64,000 bases of DNA from Neocallimastix sp. 'constans'. Lineage: Eukaryota. Location of the stretch: positions 186,001 to 250,000 of the forward strand of contig JBODTK010000141.1 of assembly GCA_050613775.1 (NCBI GenBank), written 5' to 3'. The notes beneath the pieces are model-generated. The model was not told the DNA's origin, ran no database searches, and saw only the letters and a list, made by a program, of their open reading frames with translations. This document shows, piece after piece, positions 49,391-64,000 of the stretch. Position numbers and translations under genes: made by a program. Each line of letters begins with the position of its first letter. The stretch's first letter is position 1.

Positions 49391-50545
49391 TTAAATAGCA
49401 TAACGATTAAATGTTCCACGACATAAAAAGTTTTGTTTATCATCTTTATCATTAGATTTGGTATACATACTTTGAATAACTTTAGAAGTTTTTGATTTCA
49501 ACGTTTTTTCTGTAATTTCTGATAAGTCTGGTAAATTAAGATTAATATTGGATGTAGAGTCTGAATGCTTCATGTTGGAATGATGTGATTTTTTAGATTC
49601 ATGCTCACCATTAGAACTAACATTAGTACTATGCTTCTTTTTACTATGTTTGTGAGATAGAGAATCAGAATTAGATTCATCTTCTAAACTATGCTTCTTC
49701 TTATCTTTCTCCTTTTCTTTTTCGGCTTTTTTAGCTAGTTTGGCTGCTTTTTTTGCTAATTTCTTTTCTTGCTCCTTCTTTTTCTTTTCTTCTAAATATT
49801 TATTTAATTTAATTTGAAGAGATTCTATGACTTCTGGATCCTCTGGATTTATTGGAATAATATCTTCGGAATTATATGGCTTATTACATTGTAAACAGAC
49901 AGTAGAAGGTACTTCTTTTAAAGCTTGCTCAGAAAATACACATCCACATGGAAGATAAACAAATTTATATTTACCACTCATCTCTTTCATAGTAATTGGA
50001 CAAACAAATTGAGGTATTAATACGTCATTACCTACTGTACTTGAAACAATGGAAGAATGTTTATTTGATGATGAATATGCTGGATTTGACGTTAAATTTA
50101 AAGTTGTAACATCCTTTTATGTAATAAAAAAAAAATAAATAAAAATTAAAATTAAATTAATTAATATTAAAATTAAGATAAAAATAATGGTAAAAAAAAA
50201 AAAAAAATATTTACATAAATTATTTACACTAAAATTTTCTTATTTCTTTTTTTTTTTTAACAAGAAAATTTAATAATATAATTATACCTTAATAGAAGTA
50301 ATATGTTTACAAATAATATCACCATCTCCATAGGCTTTTTTATTTAATAAATACTTTATAATAGCATCTTTATTATATAATTTCCCTAATCTACAAGATA
50401 CAATAGGTTCTTTTAATGGTGTTTTTGATAATGCACAATAATACCAATTAGCTATAAGTTGTTCAGTTTTATCTACTTGCTTATTCTTCTTTTTTGTTTT
50501 TACAAGTTCATCACGTTTTGGAATTGTACCTCCATCACAACCCAT
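49391..50545 (-). CDS. RTF2: Replication termination factor 2; exons 50545-50288, 50113-49391
   Basis: MGCDGGTIPKRDELVK, CALSKTPL..PIVSCRLGKLYNKDA, FVCPITMKEMSGKYKF..PCGCVFSEQAL, C..C. Confidence 0.95.
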
Positions 50546-52902
50546 TTTTGAAAAATTTATTTGTCTTTTTATAGTTTTTTTTTTTTAAAATAAAATATTA
50601 ATAATGATAAAATTAATTTATATATAATATAAATATTATGGTAATTGTTGGAACGCTCAATAAAGTTTGAATTAATAAAATTAATTAATAAAATTGATTT
50701 TATAAATAAATGATTTTGTCTTTTCTAAATATATTTCAAATTTCAATATGAAAAAATAAAATTTGATTTTAAGATTTTTTGGTTTTAATTAGATTATTAT
50801 TATTTTTTTTTTTTTGGAAAAAAAAAAAAAAAAAAAAAAAAACTTTAATTTTTAGTATGTTCTTAATAAAAGAATAAAAAATATATTAATATCTTGGATA
50901 TTTATTTTGTTCTTTCTAAATTTTTTTTTTTTTTTTTTTTTTTTAATAATCAAAATTTCTTATAAATTATATTATTTATTTTTAATCTGAAATTTCACTT
51001 TTCAAATGTATAAAAAAAAAAAAATTATTAAAAACTTATATTTTTTATATATAAAAAATTGTTTTGATTTTAAAATAAAAATAAAATAAAAAAAAAAAAA
51101 GTTAAAAATAAAGTTCAAGATTATATTATTAATATTTAAATAGTTATTTAGTCTAATAATAATGGCATTATTTATGATAAATGTAAAATGTAAATTTAAG
51201 TCATATGACCATATTATAAAATATTTTTTTTTTTTTTTTTTTAGACAGGGAAGAGAATATATTATAAAATATATGTTAATTATTTATCTTGAAACCTTAT
51301 GTAATAGTTCATATAAAACTTTATAATAAATAATATATTTTTAACTATATTTTCCATTAAAAAGTTTTTTTTTATAATAATAAATTAAATTTTTTAAATT
51401 ATGTTAATTTTTTTGGATAAATTTTTTACATTGTTTTTTACATTAATGTATAACAAAAATTTTTCTTGAATTTTCTTTATAAAATAAATTAAAATTATTA
51501 TTAATTTAATTAATTAATAATTATTACCAATATGACCAATATGAATGACAGATAAAAAAGAAGCTGGAATGAATTTCGAACTATAAAAAAATTATAATTA
51601 ATAATATATATTATTAATAATATTAGAAAATAAAAAAAAATTTAAATATTTAATATTATATGTTTAATGAATTTACTAATTTACATAATTCTATTCCGAA
51701 TCTTAAAAAATGATTTCAATACTATTTTAAATATAATTAATAATTTAGAAAAAAATGTTATTACAATTTCTATCTATTTATCACCACACACCACATGATA
51801 AGGAAAATTTTTCAAAAGTAATTAAAGATAATTTATTAAAAAAATACTTACAAATATAACTGTATCATCCACAAATAATAAAAAAAATATTTATAAAAAT
51901 AAATCTAAATGACTTTGAATCAAGTATTATTAATTTGGTCAATATAAAATATAATATTATAATCTTGCAAACGAACAAAATTAATGATTGAATTGATTTT
52001 GTTAATCCAATAAAATCTTCAATTATTATTAATAATTATAATGATTGCTATTAAATATATATATATATTATTATTATAAAATTTCAGTTTAGAATTCAAA
52101 AAATATTAATGTTGATTTTACAGTGTTTAGGTCATACAATTTTAGATAGTATATGTATTGTTTTACAAAAATATGAATTATCAATTGAGGATAATATAAA
52201 TGAACTTTTAATGGTAAAACATTTGACAAAAATGATTACTGTACATATATATATATAATTATCCATAAAATACAAAAAGTTTTATTGTTGTTATCATTAA
52301 ATTAATATGACATGGTAGAAGATTTCAAATGAATAAAGCGACAAAAATCACCAAATTGGAGCATAATGAAGGAATCCAATAGAAAATCATTATTAGTCAT
52401 TTTATAAAATAAAGATGATATTAATTTTTAGAAAAAAAAATATAGTTATCAAAATGAATTATCATATCAACAATATCAATAATAAACTAAAAAAAAAAAA
52501 ATTAACAGTAAAAATTAAATAAATAAATAAATAACAAAGAGAGAGAGAGAAAGCAATTAATTATATATTAAGTTTAATATTTTTTACGAATTTAGTTTTT
52601 TATAAAATTAAAAATGAAATTATATAACCAGTTTAAATGTATATATATATTATTATGCTATTTTTTATTTCTTTAGAATTTATTATATCACTGAATATTG
52701 GATATATATGTATTTGATTTTATTTTAAAATGATAGAGTGATATAATTTCAAAGATATAAATATCTTTTTTTTTTTTTTTTTTTTTATCTAAAATTTTTA
52801 ATATTCAGTCATAAATTAAATAGTAATAAATATATAGATATTCTTATTTTCATATATATATTATAATAAAAATTATAATTATCTTTTTTAATATATTATA
52901 TT

Positions 52903-54195
52903 TTACAAATTAATATCTCTACCAGTAACAATTAAAAATAAAAAAGATGAGAATAATAATTGTGAAAATTGACTCTTTTCAACTTCTAATTTAATTTCCC
53001 ATTTGGTTTCACGAACTCCCTTTTTTAGAAATTCCTTTCCTTTGGCTTCACCTATACAACGCTGATTATGATCATCATTATTTATATGTGTTTCTAAAAT
53101 AATCCATTGATGTTCCTTAAAATCACCAGTTATACAAAATTGTGGTGATCCATACGGTGTCACAATTTGTACTTTTTTTTTCGTAGTATATTGTACCGTA
53201 CCAAGCAAAGAATATTTTGTTTTAATACTAAATACTTTAGTATTTGATAATTCTTTTAATATTTCTATATTTTGAGTTTCAAAATATTCTGGACGATTGT
53301 CGTGCACTAAAATTTTATTATTTTTATATTTATCTTTTAAAGAAAAGATGGATCTATATGTAAATATATATAGTTATAGATATAGATATAAATAAAAATT
53401 TTTAATAAATTTCTATATATTAAAAACATACATATATGTATTGAGTATTTTTTTATATAATAATATATGTATATATTTATATTTAAAAATATTACGTTTT
53501 TTGATCCCAATTAGATAAATCCACACTAAATAATTCAATACCTGGATCAATTCTAATAATTGCTTTCCGTATTTTATTATTAGTACCAGATATATTGATA
53601 TAATAATGATCACGAACTTTTTCTACAGCAAGATTATTTTCCATTTGTTTTTTCAATTTTTCATTTTGTTCCAATATTTGTTGTTCTATATCTCTTCTTT
53701 GATTTTCTAATTCCTCTTGCTCAGAATTTCTTTTTTATTATTTATTTATTTTTTATTTTTAATTAATAATTAGAGTTAAAAAAATAAAATATAAATAAAA
53801 AATAATATTTAAAACAGATATAAGTTTAAATAAAAATGAAAATAATATATATAAATTAAAAATAAAAAAAAAAATAAAAATAAAAATAAAAATAAGTAAA
53901 TATATATTAATAATATGACATTAAGTAATATTAATTTTCTTTTATACTGTATTATTTATTATTAATTAATAATTATATATTTATTATTATTATTATTATT
54001 ATTATTTTCACTATTGATAAAACAATATATACTTCGTTTGATTATTGGAGTCATAGTTTTTATATAAATTAATATTTATTGAATTCGATAATATAATTTG
54101 GAATTTTACACAACGATGTTTTGCTAATATAATATTATATTTGAATTAAATAAATATAAATAGGTCAATTATTATTATTACTATTACTATTACTA

Positions 54196-54266
<71 letters not shown>

Positions 54267-57260
54267 TTACGATTTTCAGGTATATCCATTTTTGGACTCT
54301 TTATGCCACCTTCGTAGAAATCTTGACCAAATTGAATAAAATCACCACTTTTTATTTCATGAGGTTCACAAACTGTTCCATATTGACAAATTCTTACACC
54401 GTTTAAGAATGTGCCACCATTACTTCCTAAATCTTTAAGATAAATCTTTTTTATTATTATTGTTATTTATTTATAATTAATGTATTAAAATAAGTATTAT
54501 TCTTTTTTTAAATATATATAAATTTTTTATACTATATTAATATATATTATTTAGTAATATTATAAAATAGTATTATTATAATTCTTTTTTTTTTTTTTTT
54601 TTTTTTTTTATATTAAAATATTAAAATTTAATTTGAATATTAATCTATCATATAATCATTTTAGAATGTATAAATATATATTATTTTCATATTACTTTAT
54701 TATTTTCGCTCCATATTTCAGCATGAGAACGTGAAATCACTAAACTTCTGAAGGACTTAAAGTTTTCTACATTATCAACATTTGATCGTCCAAATCGAAT
54801 GGGTTCATTTAAATCCACTGTACAAATTTCAAACATATTATTTAATGGAACTAATACCATTTGTAAATCTATTAATTCACCATCACTGTTTCTATTAAAA
54901 TAATCTTCGTAGAGATAACTTCTTCTATCCATTCCTTCCATTTTAATGGGTTTATCAAAATTTTTAATAAACTGAACCCCTGTATTTAATTGCTCCGTAG
55001 CATCAGTTCCTACACTACTAACACTAACATTAGATTTATGTTTACGTTGAAAAGATGAAAGGTTAGGATTAGTTGAAATATCACTTCTATGCTTAAGAAA
55101 AGATCCTTCAGAAACATTTCGAACATGACGTGATTTTAATAAGGTATTTAAATCCTCATGCATACTATCATTTTGTTTTTTAACTCCTTCTTGGTTACTA
55201 TTATAATTATTAGTCAAACCTTGGATAGCTGAACTAGATTTAATTGATTTAAGAGTATTATTTTTGGTTGAATCACTTCCGTTAGGAATTTGATCATCTA
55301 ATTTTTCAATAATTCTTGGTGAATTTAATGAATTATTTGTTAATAATGGATTTTGGGCATAAGAAGCACTACAAGATCTTTTTCTTACAATGCCTTGAGT
55401 TTGAGGTTTTCCGTAATCTTGTGGTACGGCTGAATGTACATTATCTAATAGTTCTGAAAATAATGGTGTTTTAGCACTTTCCAGATTAGATGAATTAGGT
55501 GTTCTAATGATGTCAGACTTAGGGCTATGAGTTGATAATTTAGGCGCTTTTAAAGCTGGATCATAGTTTACTAATTTAGGGGTTTTACAACTCATCATTG
55601 CAAGTTGAACTGGTGTGGGATTGCTTACATTTCTTTGACGTCCATGAATAATATGTGGGTTTATTTTGATACCTGTATCTACAGATATGGCAGAAGGTAT
55701 ATTATCCATACTTGGGGTTCTCATTCCATGAGCTTTGCAGTTATTCATGAAGGGTGAATTACTATTTGATCCAGAAGCTTCACTTGACATTGAGAAATCG
55801 CCTTTCATTTGTAAAATAGGTGATTTATCAAAAGAGTCCAAACGTTTTGGATAAATATTTATGTTTACTTTCTCAGGTCGTCTTTTCTCTTTTACATCTT
55901 CTGTACTATTCATTCCTCTATGATCACAACTTTTACTTCTATTTCTATTCTCACTTTCTCTCATACCTGAAAAACTTTCATTACCATCCATTATTCTTCT
56001 ATCACGACTTTTACTTCTTTCATACCTTTCTCTATTACTATTAGACATTTCTCGACCTCTTCTTTCCATACTTTCATTTGAATTTAATCTTCTATTACTA
56101 TTATTACTATCTTTTCGTTCACGTAATCTCAAATTTACATTTCTTTTATCTGAATTTAACGAACTACTTCTTTCTCGAAATAATAAACCTCTTTTTTCAT
56201 TTGGTATGGAACTGCTTCTTTCACTATTAATAACTTTTGAATTTGTATTCTCTAAAGAAATAGAACCTTCCTGAGAATGAGTTTCTTTCCTTTCTTCTTC
56301 AATTGGTAATGGGGTATAAGTAGGAACATTGACATTTGAATGATTGATGATTTCTTCGTTTTCATTCTTTTCTATGTCATTACAAGAATTGTTAATTGAA
56401 GTACTGATATTATTAGATCTGCTATTATCATTATCATCGTTATTATTATTATTACTATTATTATTATCTTTATTATCTTTATTATTATCACTATTATCGT
56501 TATTATTATCATTATTATCATTATTATCATTACTTTTATCATTATTATTATTAGTAGAAGGGAATTCATTATTAATATCACTTCTACTACTATTTCTACT
56601 TGACAATTGATTATTTTCTAGAGCTTGTAAAACACTATTAGATAGACATGAAAGAGTACTAGAGCTCTGATTAAAACTGGAACTTTTATTTAAATGAGGA
56701 TTAGATTGATTTATATCGCTATCAAGACTTGAAAAACTTTCATCTTTTAATATGAATGTTGTAACATTAAACGAACTATCTGCATTATTTTGATCATTAT
56801 GGTTAGTATGACTACTGGTATTTGCCACACATTCACCCAAAATTTTTTCATTATAACTTTCCACTGACATTTTAACCGTTGATAACAAGTTAATAATAAT
56901 CAAAGGAAGTGTACTTAAAAGGTCATCCGCAACTCCTGATTTAGGGGTATTCGCATTATCTGATTCCACTGGGGTTAATGCCTCATTTTTTTTCTTATTA
57001 ATATCTGCTACAAGAAGTTCGATTTTTTGAATATAAACCTCCGGATTATTTTCTTTATAACCACCTATGGCTACACCAACTGTTGAGCAATGACCTTTTA
57101 ATTCTCCCCATTGTTCATTAAATATATCTAATTGAGTAAATACAATATGATTATTACTATCATAAATTTTTTGTGCTGTTGTAACTAAATTTTGAGCTTC
57201 TTTTGCAAATTTTGTTAATAAAATATTTACTAATGCGATATTATTGTTTGTATCTTCCAT
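52903..57260 (-). CDS. FHA-domain protein; exons 57260-54696, 54445-54271, 54123-54033, 53729-53496, 53353-52903
   Basis: FHA motifs across exons: FGRS..FRSLVISRSHAEIW / IYLKDLGSNGGTFLNG..IKSGDFIQFGQD / HRCVKF. Short coiled coil, then a C-terminal beta-rich domain. Phases are compatible. Confidence 0.85.
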
Positions 57261-57373
57261 TCTATTTTTATTTTATTTAAATATATATATATATATATAA
57301 TTATATAAAAATAAAATAAAATAAAATATCTATATATATATATAAAAGAATATAATTAAAGGAATATTTTTAA

Positions 57374-57411
<38 letters not shown>

Positions 57412-57452
57412 TAAGATTTAAATATATATAATAATACTAATAGTAATAATTA

Positions 57453-57485
<33 letters not shown>

Positions 57486-58410
57486 GAAATAAACATAGTA
57501 ATGATTTAATATTATTATTATATGAAATTTAAATAAATTTATTACTTATAATCAATCCACTATATCATCAACAAAAAATTTTTGTATTTATTTATATATG
57601 TAATATATAAAATTATTTTTACAATGACAATAATTAAATACATAAATATTAATATTACCACAAAGAATATATATATAAATATATATGTTGATGCACTTTA
57701 TATTTTATCCATACGATTAAATATTAGTATTCTCTTTATTTATATTTATCGTCAATTTTCTTCTTTATGCATTTATTATTTATTACTTAGGATTTTTATA
57801 TAATTTTAAGTGAATTGATAAAACCAAACTAGTTTTTTTTTTTTTTTTTTTTTTTTTTAAGAATAAGAAAATATATTTTTATTAATTCATTTTTGAAAAT
57901 AATATTATTATATTATATGTAATTTATTTTTTTTTGTTATTATTACTATGAATGTTTTAATTATGTTTATTAGTATGATTATGTATTATGATTAATATGA
58001 TTATTTTGATTATAATTACTTATAAAAAAAAATAAAATAAAATAAAAATATTTATATATAAATTGTTTGTTGGTAAATATTTCGTTGGATATAAATTTAT
58101 AATAAAACAAATTAGGTATAAATTACTATTCTATTTTATATACCTTAAAGATATATATGAAAATGTTATATATTCTACTTTTAAGATATTAATTAATAGT
58201 TTTTTTGTAGACGTAGATATTAAAAAACTATATATAAATAATACAAAAAAAAAATTTATGGTATAATTTTACTATCAACAATAGATTTTCATACTATCAT
58301 GTATATATAATATAAAAAATATATATAATAATTAAAAATAAATAAAAAAAAATCTCAATGTTTTTATATTCTAATAATATTTTATTTAAAATTTTTTATT
58401 AAATAAGATT

Positions 58411-58813
58411 ATATATTTTATTAATAGTATTTTTTTAATAGAATGTTAGTTATATATAAAAATAGATTAAATATAATTAATTATTTATGATATATAATTA
58501 ATTATATTTTAATTTCTAAACTTTTTTTAAAAGTTGGAATAATAAAATTAAATTTTTTTATATATCAAATTTTAAAAAATAAGTTAATTATGAGTTATTA
58601 TTATAATCATTACAATTATTTTTATATATTTTATTAATAGTATTTTTTTAATAGAATGTTAGGTATATATAAAAATAGATTAAATATAATTAATTATATT
58701 TTAATTTCTAAACTTTTTTTAAAAGTTGGAATAATAAAATTAAATTTTTTTTATAAATCAAATTTTAAAAAATAAGTTAATTATAAGTTATTATAATCAT
58801 TACAATTATTTTT
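58411..58813. repeat. Tandem ~200-bp duplication
   Basis: Two copies of TTTTATTAATAGTATTTTTTTAATAGAATGTTAG...AAAAGTTGGAATAATAAAATT...AATCATTACAATTATTTTT; copy 2 is about 20 bp shorter. Confidence 0.85.
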
Positions 58814-60372
58814 AATATACTCAATTATATATATAAAATAAAAAATCTATAGTTTTATTTCTTTCCAACTAATATATTTTTATACTATTTAATCTTAATT
58901 TCAAATTTTTAAAATTTATTATTTTATTTTAAATTTTAAAATTATCTGGATGTACCAATATATATAAAATATATATTATAGATAAATTTTGATATATTTT
59001 TTATAACTAAAGCCCTAATTATAAAAATAGTATAACAATATATATACTTAATATATATACTTTTGCAATGTACTATAAATTTAGAAAAAAATATTAAATA
59101 TTTCATTTGTATATTCATATTAATGTACCAAATAAAATAATAATAATAATAACGAGCAAATAAAAAATAATAATAATAAATAATATAAAAATTATTTTGT
59201 GTTAGTTCAGTCTGTTTGAACGATTCAAATTACTGGATCTCCCCAATGTGCTATTAGATATTTAACTAAGGTTTTCTTTCTTGATAAATTAAGTTCTCAC
59301 CATAATGTTTATAAATTCTAGCTTTCTCCCTGATTTGATATTCCCATAAAGAAAACTCAATACTATATTTAATGTTAATATAAAGTCGGATTAATATTAT
59401 TATTTATTATAAAAATTTTTTTTTGTCTTTTTAGTCGAAAAAATTTATTATAAGTATCCGATTTATCGATTCTTGTATGCACGTGCAAATTTCGGATTTC
59501 AATAGTCATAACAATAAAACAGACATATTTTATTATAGTAACATCAATATAATAAAGTAATAATAAGATAATAACAAATATTAAAATAAATATTAATTTT
59601 TAGTGTGGCTAAGACCTAATTTTTAAAAATACCTTTATTATTAATAATGATTCTATCAAGAGAGATCCATTATCTAACATATAAGTATATATAATGATAT
59701 TTTAATATTTATATTTAATTAAAGTTTTATATTTTATAATAAAATATATAAATAGTTTTTTACTATATAATAATACTTTAAATACTATTAATTAAAAAGA
59801 TAAATATATATATATTTTTTAATAAATCATAAAAAAATATATATAATTTTTATTTTTAATTGAATGAATTATGTTTTTAATATCTTATCAATCAAACTAA
59901 AAATTAAATAAAATATATTTATAAAAAAAAATAAAAAAGTTATTTATGATCATTAAAGAATTTTTATAAATATAAATAACCAAATAATAATTATAAATTG
60001 TAATAATAATAATGAATTTTAATAACAATATATATATATTCATAAATTCATAATTAATATTAAATTATTAAATTATGAATAAGTAGATTTTTTTTTTTAA
60101 TTCTATATATATATAAAAAAAAAAAAATAATTTATTCAAGTTAATGAAAGTATTATATATATATATATATATATATTTGTTAAGGTTCACACTTATTTTA
60201 TGTACATTATGACATTACATAGTGTATACATACTTATAATTATATAAAAGAAATAATGTAATTTTATATTTAAAATTGAGGTCTTTTATTTTAATAAAAT
60301 ATAATATAAAATAATAGTTAATTGACTAATAATATTATATATTTATCATTAAGTGTGCTCTAATTTCTTAAC

Positions 60373-60388
60373 AGATTAAGAGTCTCAT
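60373..60388 (+). promoter_or_regulatory. PBS of C3, complementary to the tRNA-Lys(CUU) anticodon arm
   Basis: AGATTAAGAGTCTCAT overlaps the terminal A of the LTR. Confidence 0.85.
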
Positions 60389-60515
60389 TGAATTGAGACT
60401 AGCATAGTAATGTTTATAATCTTACAAATATTTTAAATTTTACAAATATTTTAATTATACATTTATCATTGAGATAAATTTCCGTTATTTTAGATTTTAT
60501 AAATAAATTATTAGA

Positions 60516-61313
60516 ATGACATTAAAGAAGAAACAAAAACCTTCTTTAGAAGATAGCTCAGCTTCTTCTACACACACAGAAACAAGAGATGTTGAAGATG
60601 AACAATCTGATAATGAAATTAAATCAGATAAAATCATCATTCAACAAGTAAAATACATAGAAACCTCAACCAAATCCGTTTTCAATTATAAGGATTTTAA
60701 AATAGATAAAAACAATTTTGAAAGATGGTATGATGCATTAAGGCGCCATCTTATAGCACAGGATTATGAAGATTATATTGATAAGAATATAGATTTAAAG
60801 GACATGAACAGAAATCAAATTAAATCTGATAATGCTGTTCAATCTATTATTATTAATAGTCTTAATGAATCCTCCCAAAATTATTTAAAAGGATGCAAAA
60901 CTGCTTTCCAAATGATTGATAGACTGAAAAGTCTCTTTTATCAATCTGGACAAGCTTTGTTAAATATTTTGGAGTACAAAATTAATAATTTAGAAATAAT
61001 TAATAATGATTACATTTTATATTTAAATGAATTAAATAATCTCTTCGAGCAACACCAAAGTGAAAGTGAGAAAATTAATAAAAATCCACTAGACGAAGAG
61101 ACCAAAATTTTATATTCAACAACAGAATTAAAAAAGGTTGGAATTACAACTTCAATTATTTATAAATTTGCGACATTTAAAGAATTATTATCTGAATTAA
61201 TAAAAATTCATGATTTTGATGAAAAGGTTGAAATATTAAAATCAACCAGTAAAAATTTAAAAGACATAAATATTAATAATGTAAACAGTAACATTAAAAG
61301 AAATAATAATTAA
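60516..61313 (+). pseudogene. gag: C3 gag (frameshifted before the zinc knuckle)
   Basis: NNFERWYDALRRHL..A.SIIINSL..CKTAFQMIDRLK copia-gag pattern; the knuckle follows in another frame. Confidence 0.85.
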
Positions 61314-62099
61314 ATTATTAAAAATAATAGAAATAAAAATTACTATTGTGATATATGCAAATTAAATGGACATTCAACAGATTATTGCAAATATAATAGT
61401 CTCAATAAAGATAAAAATAAAAATCAAAATAGCAATAATAATAAAGTTCAAAATAAAAGGAAAATTTTCCGTAATTACAATAAGAATAACTATCATACAG
61501 GAAATATCAATGAAGAAGAAAATAATTCATACTCAACAAGTGATTCAGAAAATGAAGATGAATCACATATTTATTTCACCGGAAGTGTTACTGTTTCAAA
61601 ATCCAATAATAATAACTCAAACAAAATGACACACTGGATTATAGATAGCGGAACTGGAATCATTTTAACGAATGACATTAAAAATCTACAATATACATCC
61701 AGAGTCAATAATAAAAATATTATTTATCTAAATGGCAAAATTGATGAAATTAAACAAATTGGAAATTACATAGGAAAATTCAATAACAATGATTTTACAT
61801 TATCAAATGTATAATATACATCTAATATACAAAACAATTTAATCTCTACACATTCAATTTTAGATAATGGATGTAAAATAATTATGGAACAAATTGATGG
61901 TACTGACAGATTTCAAATCTATAAAAACAATAAATTAATAGCTAATATCTTTGAAAATGACGAACATTTATTTACATTTAAAACATTCCCATGCAAAATT
62001 ACATCCAACAACAATAATCATATTCATAACATCAATTACGATTTATGGCATGCCAGACTTGGGCATTTCAACAATAACAAGATATCAAATTGTTCGTTT

Positions 62100-63026
62100 T
62101 AGAGCATACTTCAAACCATAATAAAAAAGACTGTCATCAATGTAAAATTAGTAAGTTAAAGAAAAAACCTTTCTATTCCTCATTTAAAAAGGCGGAAAAA
62201 CCAATGGAACTTGTTCATACTGACGTGGTTGGTAAACTTGAGAATTCTTATCTTGGATTTAATTATTATGTTACATTTTTAGATGACTATTCTCATAAGG
62301 TTTGGGTATTTTTATTAAAAAATAAAAGTGATGTTTATAATACTTTTATTTTCTTTAATAAACACATTTTAAATACTACACCTTACAAAATTATTAATTT
62401 AAAATCCGATAATGGCACAGAATATATTAATAAAAATTTAATATCTTATCTCCAATCCGAAGGTATTAATTTTATTCACTCAACACCTGGTAATCCTCAA
62501 CAAAATGGAAGAGCCGAAAGGTTAAATCAAACCTTAAATAATTGTGCTAAAACTCTTTTAAATTCTGCTAAGCTTCCTTTAAAATTCTGGGATTTAGCCA
62601 TTCTTTGTGCTGCTCATTTATATAATTTAAATCCTCATCAATCTATCAACAATAATATACCTTATGAATTATTCTTTAAAAAACCAGCTGATATTACTCA
62701 CTTGAAAGTTTTTGGTTGTAAGGCATTTTTTTACAATAATCATAAAACTAACAAATTTGAAAATAATTCTAAACCAGGCATTTTTGTAGGATATGCTAAT
62801 GATTCTCTTGGCTATCGGATTCTTGACTTAGAAACAAACTCCATTGTAACTGCCAGAGATGTATACTTTATGGAAGAAGTACCTGGTACCATTAATACTT
62901 CTTTCTTCACCAATAAATATATTGATTCTATTATCGATTTTCAAGATTCTTTAATTGAGGGGGAAAATAATTTTTCTTCCGATAATGATAATATTCAATT
63001 AAAAAATCTTTCAAATCCTCAACAGC

Positions 63027-63087
<61 letters not shown>

Positions 63088-64000
63088 TAACTCCAATTAT
63101 AATAATAACAATGATGTGAAAAATAATTCTAAAAATTCAAAAATTGAAAATGATGTCATGAACAATGTTGATGAAAACTTCGGAAATTTAAATAATTATA
63201 ATACTCTTATACATGATAATATTGATAATAATACTAATTCAAATATAAGCAAAAAATATACTGAAGTTAGTAATAAAGAATTCAACAAAAGGAAAAGATC
63301 AACAGATGATAATAATACAAATGATAATGAAAATAATGATAGTGATTCTGATATTGAACCACTCAGTCAGAAGAAAATAAAAATAATAAATAAAAATAAA
63401 AATAAAGAACATAAAATATTAAATATTTTAACTAAAGACCCAACCAACTTCAATCAAGCTCTTAGAACAAAAGAAGCTGAAAAATGGAAAATCGCAATTA
63501 ATGACGAATTGAACAATATGTACAATAACAAAGTAATGGAAATAGTGGATAAGATTCCAACTAATGCAAATATTATTGATACTAAATGGGTATTTACTAC
63601 AAAAGACAATAATATCAAAAAGGCACGACTTGTAGCTAAAGGTTTTCAACAAATTCCAGGTCAGGATTTCGTAGAAACTTATTCACCAACAGTACAAGCA
63701 GACAGTTTACGACTAACAGTAGCCATTGCCGCTAACTTAAATTGGAATTTAAAACAACTGGATATTAAAGCAGCTTACCTAAACGCCAAACTTGATCATG
63801 AAATATACACTAATATTCCAGAAGGTGATAATAACTATAAAAAGAAAAATAAATATTGGTTATTAAAAAAGGCCTTATACGGATTAAAACAGGCTGGTCG
63901 TATGTGGTTTAATGAAATATCAAAATTCCTAAATAGTACTGGTTATATTCAATATAAAACAGATAAATGCTTATTTGGAAAATATAATAAAAATAAAAAA
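62100..64000 (+). CDS. pol: C3 integrase plus start of reverse transcriptase (partial)
   Basis: CHQCKISK, LVHTDVVG, FLDDYS, LKVFGC, LDIKAAYLNA, KALYGLKQAGRMW read from the DNA. Confidence 0.88.

Larger units (their letters stand above)
60178..64000 (+). mobile_element. Ty1/copia element C3 (5' part; runs off the window), decayed
   Basis: 196-bp LTR TGTTAAG...CTTAACA (60178-60373) and PBS. Gag 60516-61313 then a frameshift, knuckle CDICKLNGHSTDYC, WIIDSG protease with a stop at 61812, WHARLGH, rve core (HTDVVG, KSDNGTEY, PQQNGRAER), RT start (KWVF..KARLVAKGFQQ). Confidence 0.93.

Noticed and set aside
53307..53496. Apparent frameshift in the FHA gene's last intron
   Set aside because: Using the acceptor at 53354 (exon from 53353) gives a compatible phase and an open frame.
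59195..59700. Slightly GC-richer segment, possible TE or pseudogene remnant (similar at 51500-52450)
   Set aside because: No open frame, terminal repeat or recognisable motif; a tBLASTx or repeat-library search is needed.

Overview
Extremely AT-rich eukaryotic DNA with spliceosomal introns, poly-Asn proteins and long poly-A/T and (ATT)n tracts. This is most consistent with an anaerobic gut fungus (Neocallimastigomycota); that assignment is an inference. The window has three zones. (1) ~0.4-26 kb is a deep LTR-retrotransposon nest: a decayed Ty1/copia element (1289-16902, minus) carries two solo-LTR-like insertions, and one of those holds an intact, apparently very young Ty3/gypsy element (6932-14969). 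Further solo LTRs, an RT/RNase H-deleted chromovirus and a truncated second copia follow. (2) ~27-57 kb is a gene island with no TE I could recognise: an intronless bacterial-type YdeI/OmpD-associated gene (HGT candidate), cytosolic 5'-nucleotidase III, an FBXO31-like F-box protein, NOT2, TMEM50/Vps68-like, RTF2 and an FHA protein. (3) From 60178 a third copia element runs off the window. The most notable signals are: three divergent copia elements share a primer-binding site complementary to the anticodon arm of tRNA-Lys(CUU), implying half-tRNA priming; the gypsy has a textbook -1 frameshift site (U UUA AAC plus H-type pseudoknot); both gypsy-class elements have large multibranched RNA structures in their 5' leaders; two LTRs share a covarying double hairpin with Pol III A/B-box-like sequence; and A-rich AAG 3' splice sites predominate in the host genes. 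All coordinates and base pairings were read by eye.
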